Assembly (NCBI RefSeq): GCF_006345805.1
Contig: NC_043010.1
Coordinates: 17,112,001 to 17,176,000, forward strand
DNA length: 64,000 nucleotides
Direction of reading: 5' to 3'
DNA from: Octopus sinensis
Lineage: Eukaryota
Shown: in pieces, positions 51,448 to 64,000 of the stretch
How positions within the stretch are numbered: position 1 is the first letter of the stretch
Layout of the letters: each line of letters starts with the position of its first letter
Notes under the pieces: generated by a model
Database searches by the model: none
What the model was told of the DNA's origin: nothing
Seen by the model: the letters and a program-made list of their open reading frames with translations, nothing else
Position numbers and translations under genes: made by a program

Positions 51448-53369
51448 TATATCTATATACTCAGCTGTAAATAGGTAACCCTACTGTAGACTAGCCATCT
51501 GATCAGGAGGTAGTGTTGGCCTGCATGCCCTAACCAGTGGGATGACGTAATTTTATAGTTAAAACAATGCAAAGCGCATTGTGACCAGTGATGTGTAATG
51601 TCTGATGATTTGGTTGATCATGTGATCATGCATATATGTATACACACACAAGCTTCCAAACATTCCTAAACCATTATAGGTGCATGTTCAGTGGAATTGA
51701 TCCCAGGACCATGTGGCTTGAAGCAAACTCATGAACCATGTGCTCACATCCATGTTTGATTGGAAGTAATTGTAACCAGGTGAGTAAGGTGGAGAAGAAA
51801 AGCTCACCTGAGATCCAGCAGAGTTACGGTGTTTGGAGAGGGATGTTTTCAGAACAGAATATTGTAAACTGCTGATAGAGAAGATAAAGGAAGAGAGGGG
51901 AGGGGGCTAAAGGTGAGGGTCACTGATCTCAAAGAGCCTCTTCCAAGGACAGACATTGAAGGTCAAAAACAAACAAACAAACAAAAAAGCACCTTGTTAA
52001 TGTCAGGGGCGACAACTCCACAAAACTTAAGGGATTTGAGTTGGCAGCAATCGAATTGACGATGTGAAGTAAACAGCGACAAAGCTAAGATGGAATTAAT
52101 AAATTGAATTATACTTTGAGAACCAACATAGATCAGTGTTTGTAATAGTGTCAGGGGATGGACGTGAGGCTAAGAAAACTTGCCAGACGTGTGCTTTCAG
52201 GTTCAGTGCTTAATGCACAGCACCTTGGCCTTGTATTTTCTATTTGCAGCCCCAGGCTGATCAATGCCTTCTGGAGTGAATTTGGGAGACGGGCAACACA
52301 GTGTGTGCGTTCAGATTGGTGGTCTACGAATATCACTATGAGTTGTATTGTTGTCACATCCCTCCTCCTCATCATCATCATGTCAACAAATGGTTCATCT
52401 GCTTTCTACTTTGAAGACATGTTCAGTAAAATATCTGTTACTTGAAAAACAGGTAAGGATTAGTGACAGGAAGAGCATCCAGCTGTAAATCTATGCCTCA
52501 ATAGAATATTTGTCTAACCCATGCCAGCATGGAATAATGGACATAAAACAAACAACTAAACCTATGAGACGGTACTCCAGCATTGCCACAGTCTATCAAC
52601 CTCAAAATAAAGAACCATAAGACACTGGATACGTTTATCTTGGCTAAATAGAGTTACATTTATGCTTAAACCTGCACATATTTAATGTATCTGTATGTTA
52701 TATGCATAAAATATTGTTTGATGTATAAACCTGCAAACATTGGTTTCAGCTGTTTTAAATAGAAGTGTTGAATTAAATAAGAAGATAGGGGTTAAGAATT
52801 AATTTCCAAATATTCACATATTTTATTGAATTTGTTTTTGATCTCATAATTTTGATTTCTGCCAAGATGAGAGAAAGAAAGAAATAAAGAAAACAGCAGA
52901 CCTTGCAATTAACTCTGAGTTGAAGTAAATCCTGTCCTTTCTCAGATTTACTGTAGCTTGGCCTCTCATTTATCTCTAGATTTATGTGTGTTTTATATTA
53001 TACATACATATATTACACACATCTACCTATAATATGTATGTTTAGTGTCAAACTGTCAGAAAAAAGAGTACTCAATACCATGGTAAAGATTGATATTTTA
53101 TTTTGGTTAAGTTAGCCTCTTTCACCTGTATGTGCACAGGATCTTCAGGTACATAGTAACTTGCCTGAAGAGCCTGTGTACCAACATTTGAAACCCAAAG
53201 TAGCAAGAGACTAATTCAACCAATACACACACACACAATATTAAAAAGATGGTCTTGTCACATTTCTGATTGCTGAATGGTACAACAATGCACTATAATA
53301 CAGACAATGGGCTATATACCTGTTGTAATTTAGTCATCCATTGTCTGAAGAAGGAATTTTATTCCAAAA

Positions 53370-53751
53370 CTAGCAGTATCACCCGGCGTTGCTTGGGTTT
53401 GTAAGGGAAATAACTATACAAGCATTTTTAGAGATGTAAAGTATAATAGCCATCTCAATATGGCTAACCACAAAGGGGGGGTGTTACTGTAGCTTTTTAC
53501 GTTCTGAGATTTAATAAATTTTTAGAGAGTTACTTCCCTTATATATGCCAAAAATGCATTAAAAATGGGAAAAATTCATGGTAAATTTTTTTTTAAATCG
53601 TAGACGCGCGCTAATACCCAGAAGGGCTCGATATGAATCATGACTATAAGATACCCGGTTTTGGTTAAACTGCACCGCAAAATGTGGGAGTAGTTAGGAA
53701 TCTAAATCGTAGGAGACAGACAGCACACAACCTCACTTTTATATATAAAGA
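53370..53751 (-). mobile_element. Non-autonomous Helitron, complete
   Basis: The minus strand starts A|TCTTTATATATAAAAGTG and ends CCCAAGCAACGCCGGGTGATACTGCTAG|T. Confidence 0.88.
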
Positions 53752-53829
53752 TATCATATCAGACAATGGATGATTAAATTACAATGGGTATATAGCCCAT
53801 TGTCTTCTCTCTCTGATGACCTCTGAAGT

Positions 53830-54090
53830 CCGGTGTAAGGGATGTCCTCGCAGAATATACACGCAGCAAGTTTAGATGGGCTGGACACGTCGCCTGGCTC
53901 ACCAATAATCGGTGGACCTGCGCAAGCAGAAATAACCACTCGGAAGGCCTCCACGACGGTGGAGTTACAATTTCAGGAGGACGATTGGGATCACGTGGAT
54001 GAGAAAGGTGCGATCTAGAGGAGTGGACAGCGTGCTGTGACCAGCGGTGTCAAATGGACGCCTGACAGAATGGTCAGTCAAGGTGATCAA
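53830..54090 (+). mobile_element. RTE LINE 3' fragment
   Basis: KFRWAGHVAWLTNNRWT...RPPRRWS (RWAGHVxRxxDxRW...GRPxxRW). Confidence 0.75.
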
Positions 54091-54796
54091 AGTAATATAG
54101 CCCCTTGTTTGTATTATAGTGCATTGTTGTGTCATTCAAAACATTTTGTTCTTTACAAACAATTCACAATGCTTCAAGCAAACTACAATACTCTCCAAAC
54201 AGTTTATTAATTGTGAGGAGATTAAAAAAGATTCTTTGTTTTGAAACCTGAAGAACTTTATGCCCGACAGAATGAAGAATTTTCCAAATAGATGTGGTCA
54301 TGTTATCAATAATGAGGAGACAAATAATATTTTGATTAATATGTTTCAATTAAGACCAAAGAAGCATTTGTCCCTTTACCATCTTGAAATGTGACAATTG
54401 GTCCCAGGGTAGAGAAGAAGAGACTTGCCCAAGGTGCCACACAGTGGGACTGAACCTGAAAATACAGGGTTGGAAAGAAAACTTCTTAATCACATAGCTA
54501 TCCATGCTTGCACCTAATACACACACACACACGTGAAGTCGTGGCTGTGTAGTAAGAATTTTGCTTCCCAACCACATGGTTCCAGGTTCAGTCCCACTGC
54601 ATGGCACTTTGGGCAAGTGTCTTCTGTTATAGCCTCAGACCAGCGGTGGTGATGGAGGAGGAGGAGGAGGAGGCAGTGATGGTGACACTGATATTCATAA
54701 TGTTGAATGGAGAGAGAGAGAGAGAGAGAGAGTGGGAGAAGATATTAATATTCACATGGGGGAGAGAAACATGTGGGAAAAGAGGAGAGAAAAATG

Positions 54797-55220
54797 ATGA
54801 TGGTGATGATGGTGATGATGGTGATGATGGTGATGATGATGGTGATGATGGTGATGATGGTGATGATGGTGATGATGGTGATGATGATGGTGATGATGGT
54901 GATGCTGTTTATTTCTTTTTTGTGACACTTGCTGTTTGTTTGGTGGTGGTGGTGGTGCTGATTGTGGTGATGGTGGTGGTGCTGGTTGTGGTGGTGGTGG
55001 TGCTGATTGTAGGGCTGGTGGTTGTGGTGGTGCTGCTGCTGCAGGTGGTGGCGGTGGTGGTGCTGGTGCTGATTGTGGGGCTGGTGGTTGTGGTGGTGCT
55101 GGTTGTAGTGATGGTGGTAGTGGTGGTGGTGGTGCTGGTTGTGGTGATGGTGGTGGTGCTGGTTGTGGTGGTGCTGGTTGTGGTGGTGCTGGTTGTGGTG
55201 GTTGTGGTTGTGGTGGTGGT
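54797..55220. repeat. (GATGGT/GAT)n array and degenerate (GTG/CTG)n array
   Basis: Direct reading; explains the D/G-, V- and H-rich pseudo-ORFs. Confidence 0.9.
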
Positions 55221-55427
55221 AATCCATCATTTCAATGATGCTGGAGGCAACAACACCGCCATTAAGGGACAGACATGAAATAAATAGTTGTTTTTATATT
55301 TTAAATTTTAGTTCACAAAAATCCAAGGCCGGCTCCTTGCAGCCATCACCACCACCTCCTCTGTTATATAACAACCTACCAATATTATCACAGCTCTCAG
55401 TGTGTGTGTGTGTGTGTGTGTGTGTTT

Positions 55428-55475
<48 letters not shown>

Positions 55476-55546
55476 TGTGTGTGTTTGTGGTGTGTGTGTG
55501 TTTGTGTGTTTGTGTGTGTGTGTGTGTGTGTTTGTGTGTGGTGTGT

Positions 55547-55577
<31 letters not shown>

Positions 55578-55590
55578 TTGTGTGTGTTGT

Positions 55591-55627
<37 letters not shown>

Positions 55628-55659
55628 GTGTGTGTGTGTGTTTGTGTGTTGTGTGTGTG

Positions 55660-55710
<51 letters not shown>

Positions 55711-56051
55711 TTGTGTGTGTGGTAAAGAAGCTTGCTTTGCAATGCAGTGGTCTTGGGTTCTGTTTCAGTGCACAGCACATTGTGCAGGTATCTTCCACTA
55801 TAGCCCTGGGCTAAACAAAGACTCCTGAGTGGATTTGTTGGATCGAACTGAAATGTGTGTGTGTGTGTGTTTCTCAAATCTCCGAGTATGTTTATGTGTT
55901 GGTGATCAACCATGGCTTCCCTAATGAAGTCATTTACTTGCAGTCCACCATGAAAATATATCCCTGTTTTGTTCTTTATCATGTGTCCGTGTGTCACAGA
56001 ATCATCTTTGTATATAAAGGAATAACACTTATTTCTTTGTAACACAACTTC

Positions 56052-56095
<44 letters not shown>

Positions 56096-57907
56096 CACGT
56101 ACATATATAGGCAATATCAAATATATCTAAATACAACAATGATGATGATGATACGTATATACATACATATACACATCATCATCATCATCATCAGAAATCG
56201 GACGCTAAATGATGATGATGATAATGATGTGTATATATATGTATGTATATACGTATCATCATTATCATTGTTGTATTTAGGGTTAAGGTTAGGGATATAT
56301 ATATAAATATGATGATGATGATATATACATGGTGGACTCTCCCGTCAAGGACGAAATATGAGCATTTAGCTTTTGCCGAACGACCTGCACAAATTATTTG
56401 TTTATAAGAGATCAAAATGTTTGTGCCACACATTAGCTTACTCTCACAATCAAATCAACAGTACCTGAATAGGTGTCACAGTGTGCCATGCATCAGGTGC
56501 CAAAGTGACTGCAGAGCAACATGAAATAAAGTGTTTTGCTCAAGAACACAACACACCGCCCGGTCTAGGAATTGAACCCATGATCAGTTGACTGCGAGTG
56601 CAATAGCCTAACCACTAGGTCACGCACTCTCACTGATATATCTATATATCATAGTCGTCATCATTGTTTAACGTCCGCTTTCCATGCTGGCATGGGTTGG
56701 ACTGTTTGACTGAGGTCTGGAAAGCCAGGACGCTGCACCAAGCTTCAGCCCTTCCTAACGCCAACCACTCCAAGAATGTAGTAGGTGCTTTATACATACC
56801 ACCGGCACAGGAGCCAGTCAGAGGGCACTGGCATCGGCCACGTTTGGATGGTGCTTTTTACGTGCCACCAGCACAGGAGCCAGTCAGGGGGCACTGGCAT
56901 CGGCCACATTCAGATGGTGCCACATATATATGTGTGTTTGCATCATCATCATCATTGCATGTAAATATATTTGACATTGTCTATATATGTACGCGTTTTG
57001 TGAGTGTGTGGGGGTGTTTCTGAAAATTGTGTTACAGCTGAAAAAAAAAAGTCCAAAAGGTCAACCAAATCATGGAACCAAACTGTAGCAGCAACAGCAG
57101 GGTTCAGTTGGAATCCCATAAAACCCAAACGTAAACCGACAAGGATCTACAGGAAATTTGCAGGGACCGGTTGAAAAATTACAGGACCAGCTACATATCT
57201 GAAGGGATCAAATGAGTGCTGGCAGATAGGGGCAAACTGAAATTTTGTAGGGACCAGCTGGAAGCTTGAGGAGAGTAGCTGAAAGATTGCAGGAATCAGA
57301 CGAAATCTTTAATTCTGTAAAACAGCCAGAAATTATTGCTTTTCTGTGTTAAGTGAAACATTTTGTGAGACCTGAAACCAAAATAAACATTTAAAATAAA
57401 ATAAAAATGTGTAAATAGATCAGCTATTTTAATGTTATATCCCCACCCTCGTTCCATCTCCAAGATAAATGTGGAATCAATAATAATGAGAAAATAAGGG
57501 TCGATACATCCTGGCTCCTGAGTGGTAGTGGTCGGTGGGTAAAGGAAAGGCATGTCCTAATGGAAGCTGAGGGAGAGACAATGAAGAAACAGCAATTGTT
57601 GCCCAAGAGCAAGATTGGTGCCGCTTATTGGACACGTTTTGGATCAAACATAAGAGTTGAGGGAATGTTACAGTTGTGTTGATATGCTTCTTCAGTCTAA
57701 ATATAATTTAAATCCTTCATTTGGTTTTTGTGTTTTGGTTCTATTTCGACGGAACATTCTGGCTTTTTTTTCCACCATTCTTTGTTTCCTGTCCTTGTTC
57801 GTTTGTTCTGTACACAGAATCATTGCTCGTTAATTTTCATGTTCGGACGGCACCACTGCAGCCCTCGCCCCTTCTCCAGCTGGCACCAGAGAAGGGGCAT
57901 GCACGTG

Positions 57908-58024
57908 TCAGCGCAACGTCTGCGACATATGAAGTGCATTCAGCATTAACTTGAATGTGGCACCAGTCAGGTTGGCTCCGCGCAGGTTTGCATCCTGCAA
58001 ATCGGAGCCTGAAAGGTCACAGTT
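57908..58024 (-). CDS. KCTD9: KCTD9 last coding exon (pentapeptide repeats)
   Basis: TTTTCAG| acceptor; NCDLSGSDLQDANLRGANLTGATFKLMLNALHMSQTLR*, matching the KCTD9 C-terminus NCDLSGCDLQEANLRG...LHMSQSVR as I recall it. Confidence 0.93.
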   Translation of the reverse strand, partial: NCDLSGSDLQDANLRGANLTGATFKLMLNALHMSQTLR

Positions 58025-58404
58025 CTGAAAAGAGAAAATGAAATTTTTGTTATTTACACTTTATATATTTTTTACATAATTATTTTTTTGAATGTTTGAA
58101 CATAAGTCAAACTTTTTAAATGCCTGCACATCGATTAAAGTTTAGAGGAGGGTAATTAGAGAGGTGTGTGTGAAGTGAGATCACAGAGTGGAGGTGGGAC
58201 TGACCATGTGGTTCATCAATTCTTCGCTTATAATTTAAGGGCAAAAAATGTCTTTGAACAGAATATTTAATTGGGGAGAAGAACATCTGGAATTGTGACC
58301 TGAAATTTGGTCCCCTATTTGTAGGAAGATGTTTCTCTGGTTTGTTCAGAACCATGAAACAAAAGTAACTCAACTTCTCTTAAGAGTTTCTAATGAGGAA
58401 ACAC

Positions 58405-58411
58405 ATGCACG

Positions 58412-58482
<71 letters not shown>

Positions 58483-58850
58483 ACACTCTCACATACACAC
58501 ACACATACTTTTACACACACACACTTACACTCACATACACACACACATTTACACACACAGACACTCACACATACACACACATTTACACACAAACTCACAA
58601 TTTACACACACACACACACACTTACACTCTCACACACACACATTTACACTCACACACACACATTTACACACACACACAATTTACACACACAGACACTCAC
58701 CCCTCCACACACACACACTCTCTTACACTCTCACTCATCCCCCCTAACACACACACATACACACACTCACACACACACATACACACACTCACATACACAC
58801 ACACATACACACTCACACACACACACAGACACTCACACACACACACACCC
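58405..58850. repeat. Degenerate (CA)n array in the last KCTD9 intron
   Basis: Direct reading. Confidence 0.95.
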
Positions 58851-58977
58851 TGATATCCAATCTTGCAATGCAGAGTAGATTGTTAAATATAAAACCACCA
58901 TCACCCAGTTTCACCCAAGTGAGGGGGTGGATAAGTGAGCAAAAGAACTGGCTTTTGGCAAACTGATTCTGCTTTAC

Positions 58978-59111
58978 CTCAAGATCAGCACCAGCCAGCA
59001 CAGCACCCCGTAGGTCACAGTTCTTTAAATTTGCATTCTTCAATGTTGCCACCCGTAAATTGACGCTGGCCATATGGCTGCCTTCCAAGATGACATTCTT
59101 CATCTGGGCAC
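58978..59111 (-). CDS. KCTD9: KCTD9 penultimate coding exon
   Basis: TTTGCAG| ... |GTAAAG; 134 nt, phase 1-0; (G)AQMKNVILEGSHMASVNLRVATLKNANLKNCDLRGAVLAGADLE. Confidence 0.93.
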
Positions 59112-60408
59112 CTGCAAACAGAAGGAAAAAGGAACCAGAATCGGTAAACAAAATGGAAACTAACAAAAAAATGAAAAGACGTGGATCGAATGTTGGCATT
59201 TTACACATCCACAGCCATGATAACCATGGAAACACTGGAGTTTCACCAGAGCCACATAAGTGTATCCAGGGGCTGAAAACTGTGCTGAAGCATCACTTCA
59301 ATGGGGTCAAATCTCTCTTTGATTATTGCTGGTTTGGGGCTAAATTGCACACACACAACGGGTTTCTTCCAGTTTCAGTTTACCAAATCCAGTCCAGTCT
59401 CAAGTCTTTGATCAGACGAAAACCAGAGTAGAAAACATTTACCCAAGGTGCCACACAGTGGGACTGAACCTGAAACCACAAGGCTGGGAAGCAAACTTCT
59501 TATCACACAGCCATGCCTGCACCTGTGTGTGTGTGTGCGCAGAGCACGAGGGGCTAATGATATCAATCATCGAAAAGGCGGCGAGCTGGCAGAAACGTTA
59601 GCACGCCGGGCGAAATGCGTAACCGTATTTCGTCTGCCGTTATGTTCTGAGTTCAAATTCCGCCGAGGTCGACTTTGCCTTTCATCCTTTCGGGGTCAAT
59701 AAATTAAGTACCAGTTACACACTGGGGTTGACATAATCGACTTAATCTGTCTGTCTGTCCTTGTTTGTCTCCTCTGTGTTTATCCCCATGTGGGTAGTAA
59801 AGAAATAGAAATAGCAGCATACGCAATTTGGTGATAAACATTGAGGAAGAGTTGATTCAGAAAAACAAGACACCTGTGCGAGTGGCACGTAAAAAGCACC
59901 ATTCGAGCGTAGCCACCTGACCAGTGCTACCTGACTGACACCCATGCTGGTGGCACATAAGAAGCACCATTTGAGTGAGACCGAAGCATGATCATTGCCA
60001 GTGCTACCTGATTGGGTCCCATGCTAGTAGCAAGTAAAAGGCACCCACTATACTCTCGAAGTGGTTGGCTTTAGGAAGGGCATCCATCTGTAGAAACCTT
60101 GCCAAATCAGATTGGAGCCTGGTGCAGCTTTTTCCTGGCCTGCCAGTCCTCAGTCGAACTGTCCCACCCATGCCAGCATGGAAAACGGATGTTAAACAAT
60201 GATGATGATGATGATGATAATGATGATGACACCGCAGTCTCGTCTTCAACATTAAAGATAGCAACAAGAGGGTGTGTACATAGAAAGTGACAGGAAATGA
60301 TAGCTTGTGAAACAAAATGTCAGTAGATTTAAAACTGATTTATACAATGTTCCCAGTGTCATGAATTGAGGCATTTCATTTATTGATGGAACAAAATATT
60401 CTTTTCTA

Positions 60409-60857
60409 CTCTAGGCACAAGGCCCGAAATTTTGGAGGAGGTGGGGTATTCGATTAGATCAACCCCAGTATGCAACTGGTACTTAATTCATTGGCGAGCT
60501 GGCAGAAACGTTAGCACGCCGGGCGAAATGCGTAGCCGTATTTCGTCTGTCCTTACGTTGTGAGTTCAAATTCCGCCGAGGTCGACTTTGCCTTTCATCC
60601 TTTCAGGGTCGATAAATTAAGTACCAGTTACGCACTGGAGTCGATGTAATCGACTTAATACCTATGTCTGTCCTTGTTTATCCCCTCTATGTTTAGCCCC
60701 TTGTGGGTAGTAAAGAAATAGGTACTTAATTTATCGACCCCGAAAAGATGAAAGGCAAAGTCAACCTCAGTGGAATTCGAACTCAGAACATAAAGACAGA
60801 CGAAATGCCGTTAAGCATTTTGCCCAGCGTGCTAACGTTTCAGCCAGTTTGCCGCCT
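60409..60857. mobile_element. SINE-B (+, 60489-60720) inserted into SINE-B (-)
   Basis: TSD GGTACTTAATT at 60478-60488 and 60721-60731. Confidence 0.85.
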
Positions 60858-61439
60858 TGATGGAGCAAAATATTATTAAATGTTGGAGTAGCAAAAAACA
60901 ATGTGCCAACTAAAAGCTGTGCAGTATTTAATGAAGTGGGCTCTAACATATTGAATGTAATGAATCAATGAATTTTAATGAATTGAAATTATTCCTATAA
61001 TGAGAAATCAGTCATTATATATTAATAACTAATTATGGTCAAGGGGTGACAACTTCGGTTTTGCAATTAAAACTAGAACATAGTCAAGAGAAAGCTCATC
61101 TTTGGTAGTATAGTGATGACTCTGGACATGTTTCAGTCTTATTAGAATTCATCAGCAAAATATAGCCAGTAATCATCTTGGAGCCTTCGAATCTAAGAAA
61201 TTATTATTGACCTAATCATGTGACGGAAGTGAGTTGGCAGACACGATTGGAGTGCTGGACCAAACTCTTTGAACCATTTGGATTTTCACATAAAAGCACC
61301 AAACCCTGCAAAGTGGTTGGCGTTAGGAAGGGAATCCAGCTGTAGAAACCATGCCAAATCAGACTGGAACCTGGTGCAGTCCTGATCAAACCCTCCAACC
61401 CGTGCCAGCATGGACAACAGACATTAAATGATGACGATG

Positions 61440-61498
<59 letters not shown>

Positions 61499-61733
61499 AT
61501 GTATATAGAGGGGGCACACACACACACACACACACACAATAAACAAAGTTCCACCCATCTGCATCATCAAGATTTGGCTTATTTGGAAAAAAAGCAACAA
61601 AGCACCTCCAGTGATATTGCTGTGGGAAATGGAATATCCAGTATCTTGGGCAGGGGCCTTCTTTTGGCTTGATATGACAAGAGGAAAAAAAAATGAAACA
61701 CACACACACACACATGTACATGCATACACATAA

Positions 61734-61796
<63 letters not shown>

Positions 61797-61797
<1 letters not shown>

Positions 61798-63057
61798 GGG
61801 GTCATCCCATAAATAATGCAGTTTTTTTAACTGCATGAACAAAAAGTTGGAGGAGGACGGGATAAACTACCTGCATCAACTTGCAATAATAGCAGGTAGT
61901 AATATTACCTTGTGCTTATTCATGGTGCAAGTTTTGAAGAGTGCAGTTTGATTTTAACAATTATTTTTTCAAAGCTATAATGGAAGTGACGAAGGAACAT
62001 ATTCGCCATATTTTCCTTTATGAATTCAATAAAGGCAACAGTGAAACGGAAAGTGCGAGGAATATTAATGCAGTAGATGGGGATTGAACAATAAGTGTAA
62101 GCCAGAGTCAACGGTAGTTCCAGAAATTCTAAACCAGAAACAACAGCCTAGAAGATGAGCTTGGAAGATCTGTAGAGCTTGACAAGGATGTCCTGCAAAC
62201 CCTGGTGGAACAAAATTTCATCAGAACTGTTGAGGAACTAGCAGAGAAGCTTCCATTTGGTCATTCAACCATTCATCAACACCTGCATGCTATCAGAAAA
62301 GCCAGCAAATTGGATCGATGGGTTCCTTGCAAACTTTCTGAATCTAATCATGTGTAGAAAGTGAATATGTGCTCTTTGCTGTCACGTCTCACGAATGAAC
62401 ATTTCTTTGACCGAATAGTGACTGGTGACGAAAAATAGGTTCTCTATAAAAATGTCAAGCACTAAAGACAGTGGGTAGGGAAAGGAGAAATACTGGCATC
62501 CCAGGCTAAAGGTCTTTACCCATGTAAAGTGTTGTTATCTGTTTGGTGGGATATGAAAGGTTCAGTCCACTTTGAACTTTTAAACCCAAACCAAATGATA
62601 ACAAAGGAGATCTACTGCAAGCAGCTTGAGTGGCACTAGAAAAAAAAAATGACCATCTTTCGTTTCAAGACAAAAGGTGTTCTTCCATCAGGATAATGCT
62701 TGGCCACTTACAGCAAAGATGACATTCCAAAGGCTGGAGCAGTTTGAATGGGAAATGATGCCCCACCCACCATATTCGCCAGACATTGCCCCATATGATT
62801 ATCATTTATTCCGCAGTTTTCAAAATCATTTGAATGGAAAAAATATTAATTCTGTAGAGGAGGTCAGAACAGGAGTATTTTTCATCATGGACAAATGAAT
62901 TTTGGAAGAGGAGCCTTGCAAGTCTACCAGATAGATGGAAGAGCATTGTAGAAAATGAAGGGGAGTACATTTTAGATTGAAAAAAAAACTTTCTTTATCT
63001 TAATTTTGAAAAATAAAAGAAGTATTAAAAAAACGCATTATTTATGGGATGACCCAA
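61797..63057 (+). mobile_element. Full-length decayed mariner (transposase relic about 61980-62980) in a KCTD9 intron, antisense to the gene
   Basis: TIR (T/G)GGGTCATCCCATAAATAATGC at both ends, TA at the right end. MEVTKEHIRHIFLYEFNKG, IVTGDEK, FHQDNAWP and HPPYSPDIAPYDYHLF are present with many stops. Confidence 0.93.
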
Positions 63058-63091
63058 TACATATGTATGTATGTATGTCTTACTGCCTTAC

Positions 63092-63197
63092 CTTCCATAT
63101 TAGCTTGGTGACCAGCAGGGTCTTCAAAGTTGCAACTACACAAGCTGGAACCTTCCAGATTGGCACAAACCATTTTGATTCCTTGTAAGTTGGCACA
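63092..63197 (-). CDS. KCTD9: KCTD9 third-to-last coding exon (upstream exons lie beyond the window)
   Basis: TTCTTGTAG| ... |GTAAGG; 106 nt, phase 0-1; CANLQGIKMVCANLEGSSLCSCNFEDPAGHQANME(G), matching KCTD9 CANLQGVKM...CNFEDP.G..AN.EG. Confidence 0.93.
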
Positions 63198-64000
63198 CTA
63201 CAAGAAGAAAGCAACAATCCATAGACTTGGAGCAAATAGTTGCAGCAAGCAGCAGCTGCAGTACATGGAAATAAACACTTCAATAAATATATCTAGTAAA
63301 TAAAAAAACACACATACACACACACACACATGCACGCGCGTGTGTGTGTGTGTGTTTGTGAAGGCATGTGGCTTAGTGGTTAGGGTGTTGCACTCACAAT
63401 TGCTAGATCATGGGTTCAATCTCTGGACCAGGCAGTATGCTGTGTTCTTAGCCAAAATACTTCATTCATGTTGCTCCAGTCCACTAAGCTGTAAACATGC
63501 CACCCTATGATGAGCTAACCTTCCAATAAGGGGAAAAATTTGGCCTGCTTGCCTAACCAGAAGGATGACATCATTCAAAAGTTTAAAAACAATGCAAATC
63601 ACACTGTGAGCAGTGATGTATAACATCAGACAGTCTGGTCAATCTCATGAGATATCTTCACCCAAACGGCAGAGACAAGTTTAGAAGATTTTATATATTT
63701 CTGGATTATTAACCTCCGTTACCAGCGTCGCCTTACTGGCACTTATGCCTGTGCTAGGAGGGTGCCAAGAGCACCATCCGAGCATGATCGTCGCCAGAGC
63801 AGCCAACTGGCTTCCGTACCCATGGCACGTACAAGGACACCATTCGAGCGTGATCGCTACCAACGTCGCTTCACTGGCACCTGTGCCAGTGGAACGTGTA
63901 AAAAGATTCGAACGAGATCATTGCCAGTACCGCCTGACTGGCCCCCGTACAGGTGGCATGTAAAAAGCACCCACTACACTCTCGGAATGGTTGGCATTAG

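Noticed and set aside
58813-59235. 140-aa ORF as a standalone pentapeptide-repeat gene with an N-terminal hydrophobic segment
   Set aside because: Only 58978-59111 is bounded by splice sites; the hydrophobic part is intronic polypyrimidine tract.

Overview
Repeat-dominated eukaryotic genomic DNA. The tRNA-derived SINE families and extreme microsatellite load look like an octopod cephalopod (Octopus-like); this is recognition, not proof. No gene is captured whole by the ORF track, but two spliced host genes can be rebuilt by hand. (1) On the + strand is a 3-exon, 167-aa secreted/GPI-anchored Ly6/three-finger protein of the quiver/sleepless-like type (CDS exons 10395-10458, 29571-29744, 30436-30701), with a candidate 21-nt microexon at 14469-14489. 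(2) On the - strand are the last three coding exons of KCTD9 (63092-63197, 58978-59111, 57908-58024; pentapeptide repeats); the gene continues beyond the window. The rest is SINEs, a MITE family with 8-bp TSDs that carries TTAGGG repeats, two full-length decayed mariners, maT/Tc1 fragments, several Helitrons (including a RepHel relic), CR1/RTE/R4-Dong/Penelope remnants and simple repeats. Top leads: a UGA-C stop followed 9 nt later by a 13-bp stem-loop and an open 25-codon extension in KCTD9 (readthrough-like); the Ly6 microexon; a 78-nt near-perfect intronic hairpin; and the telomere-repeat/G4-carrying MITEs, including a 743-bp palindrome.
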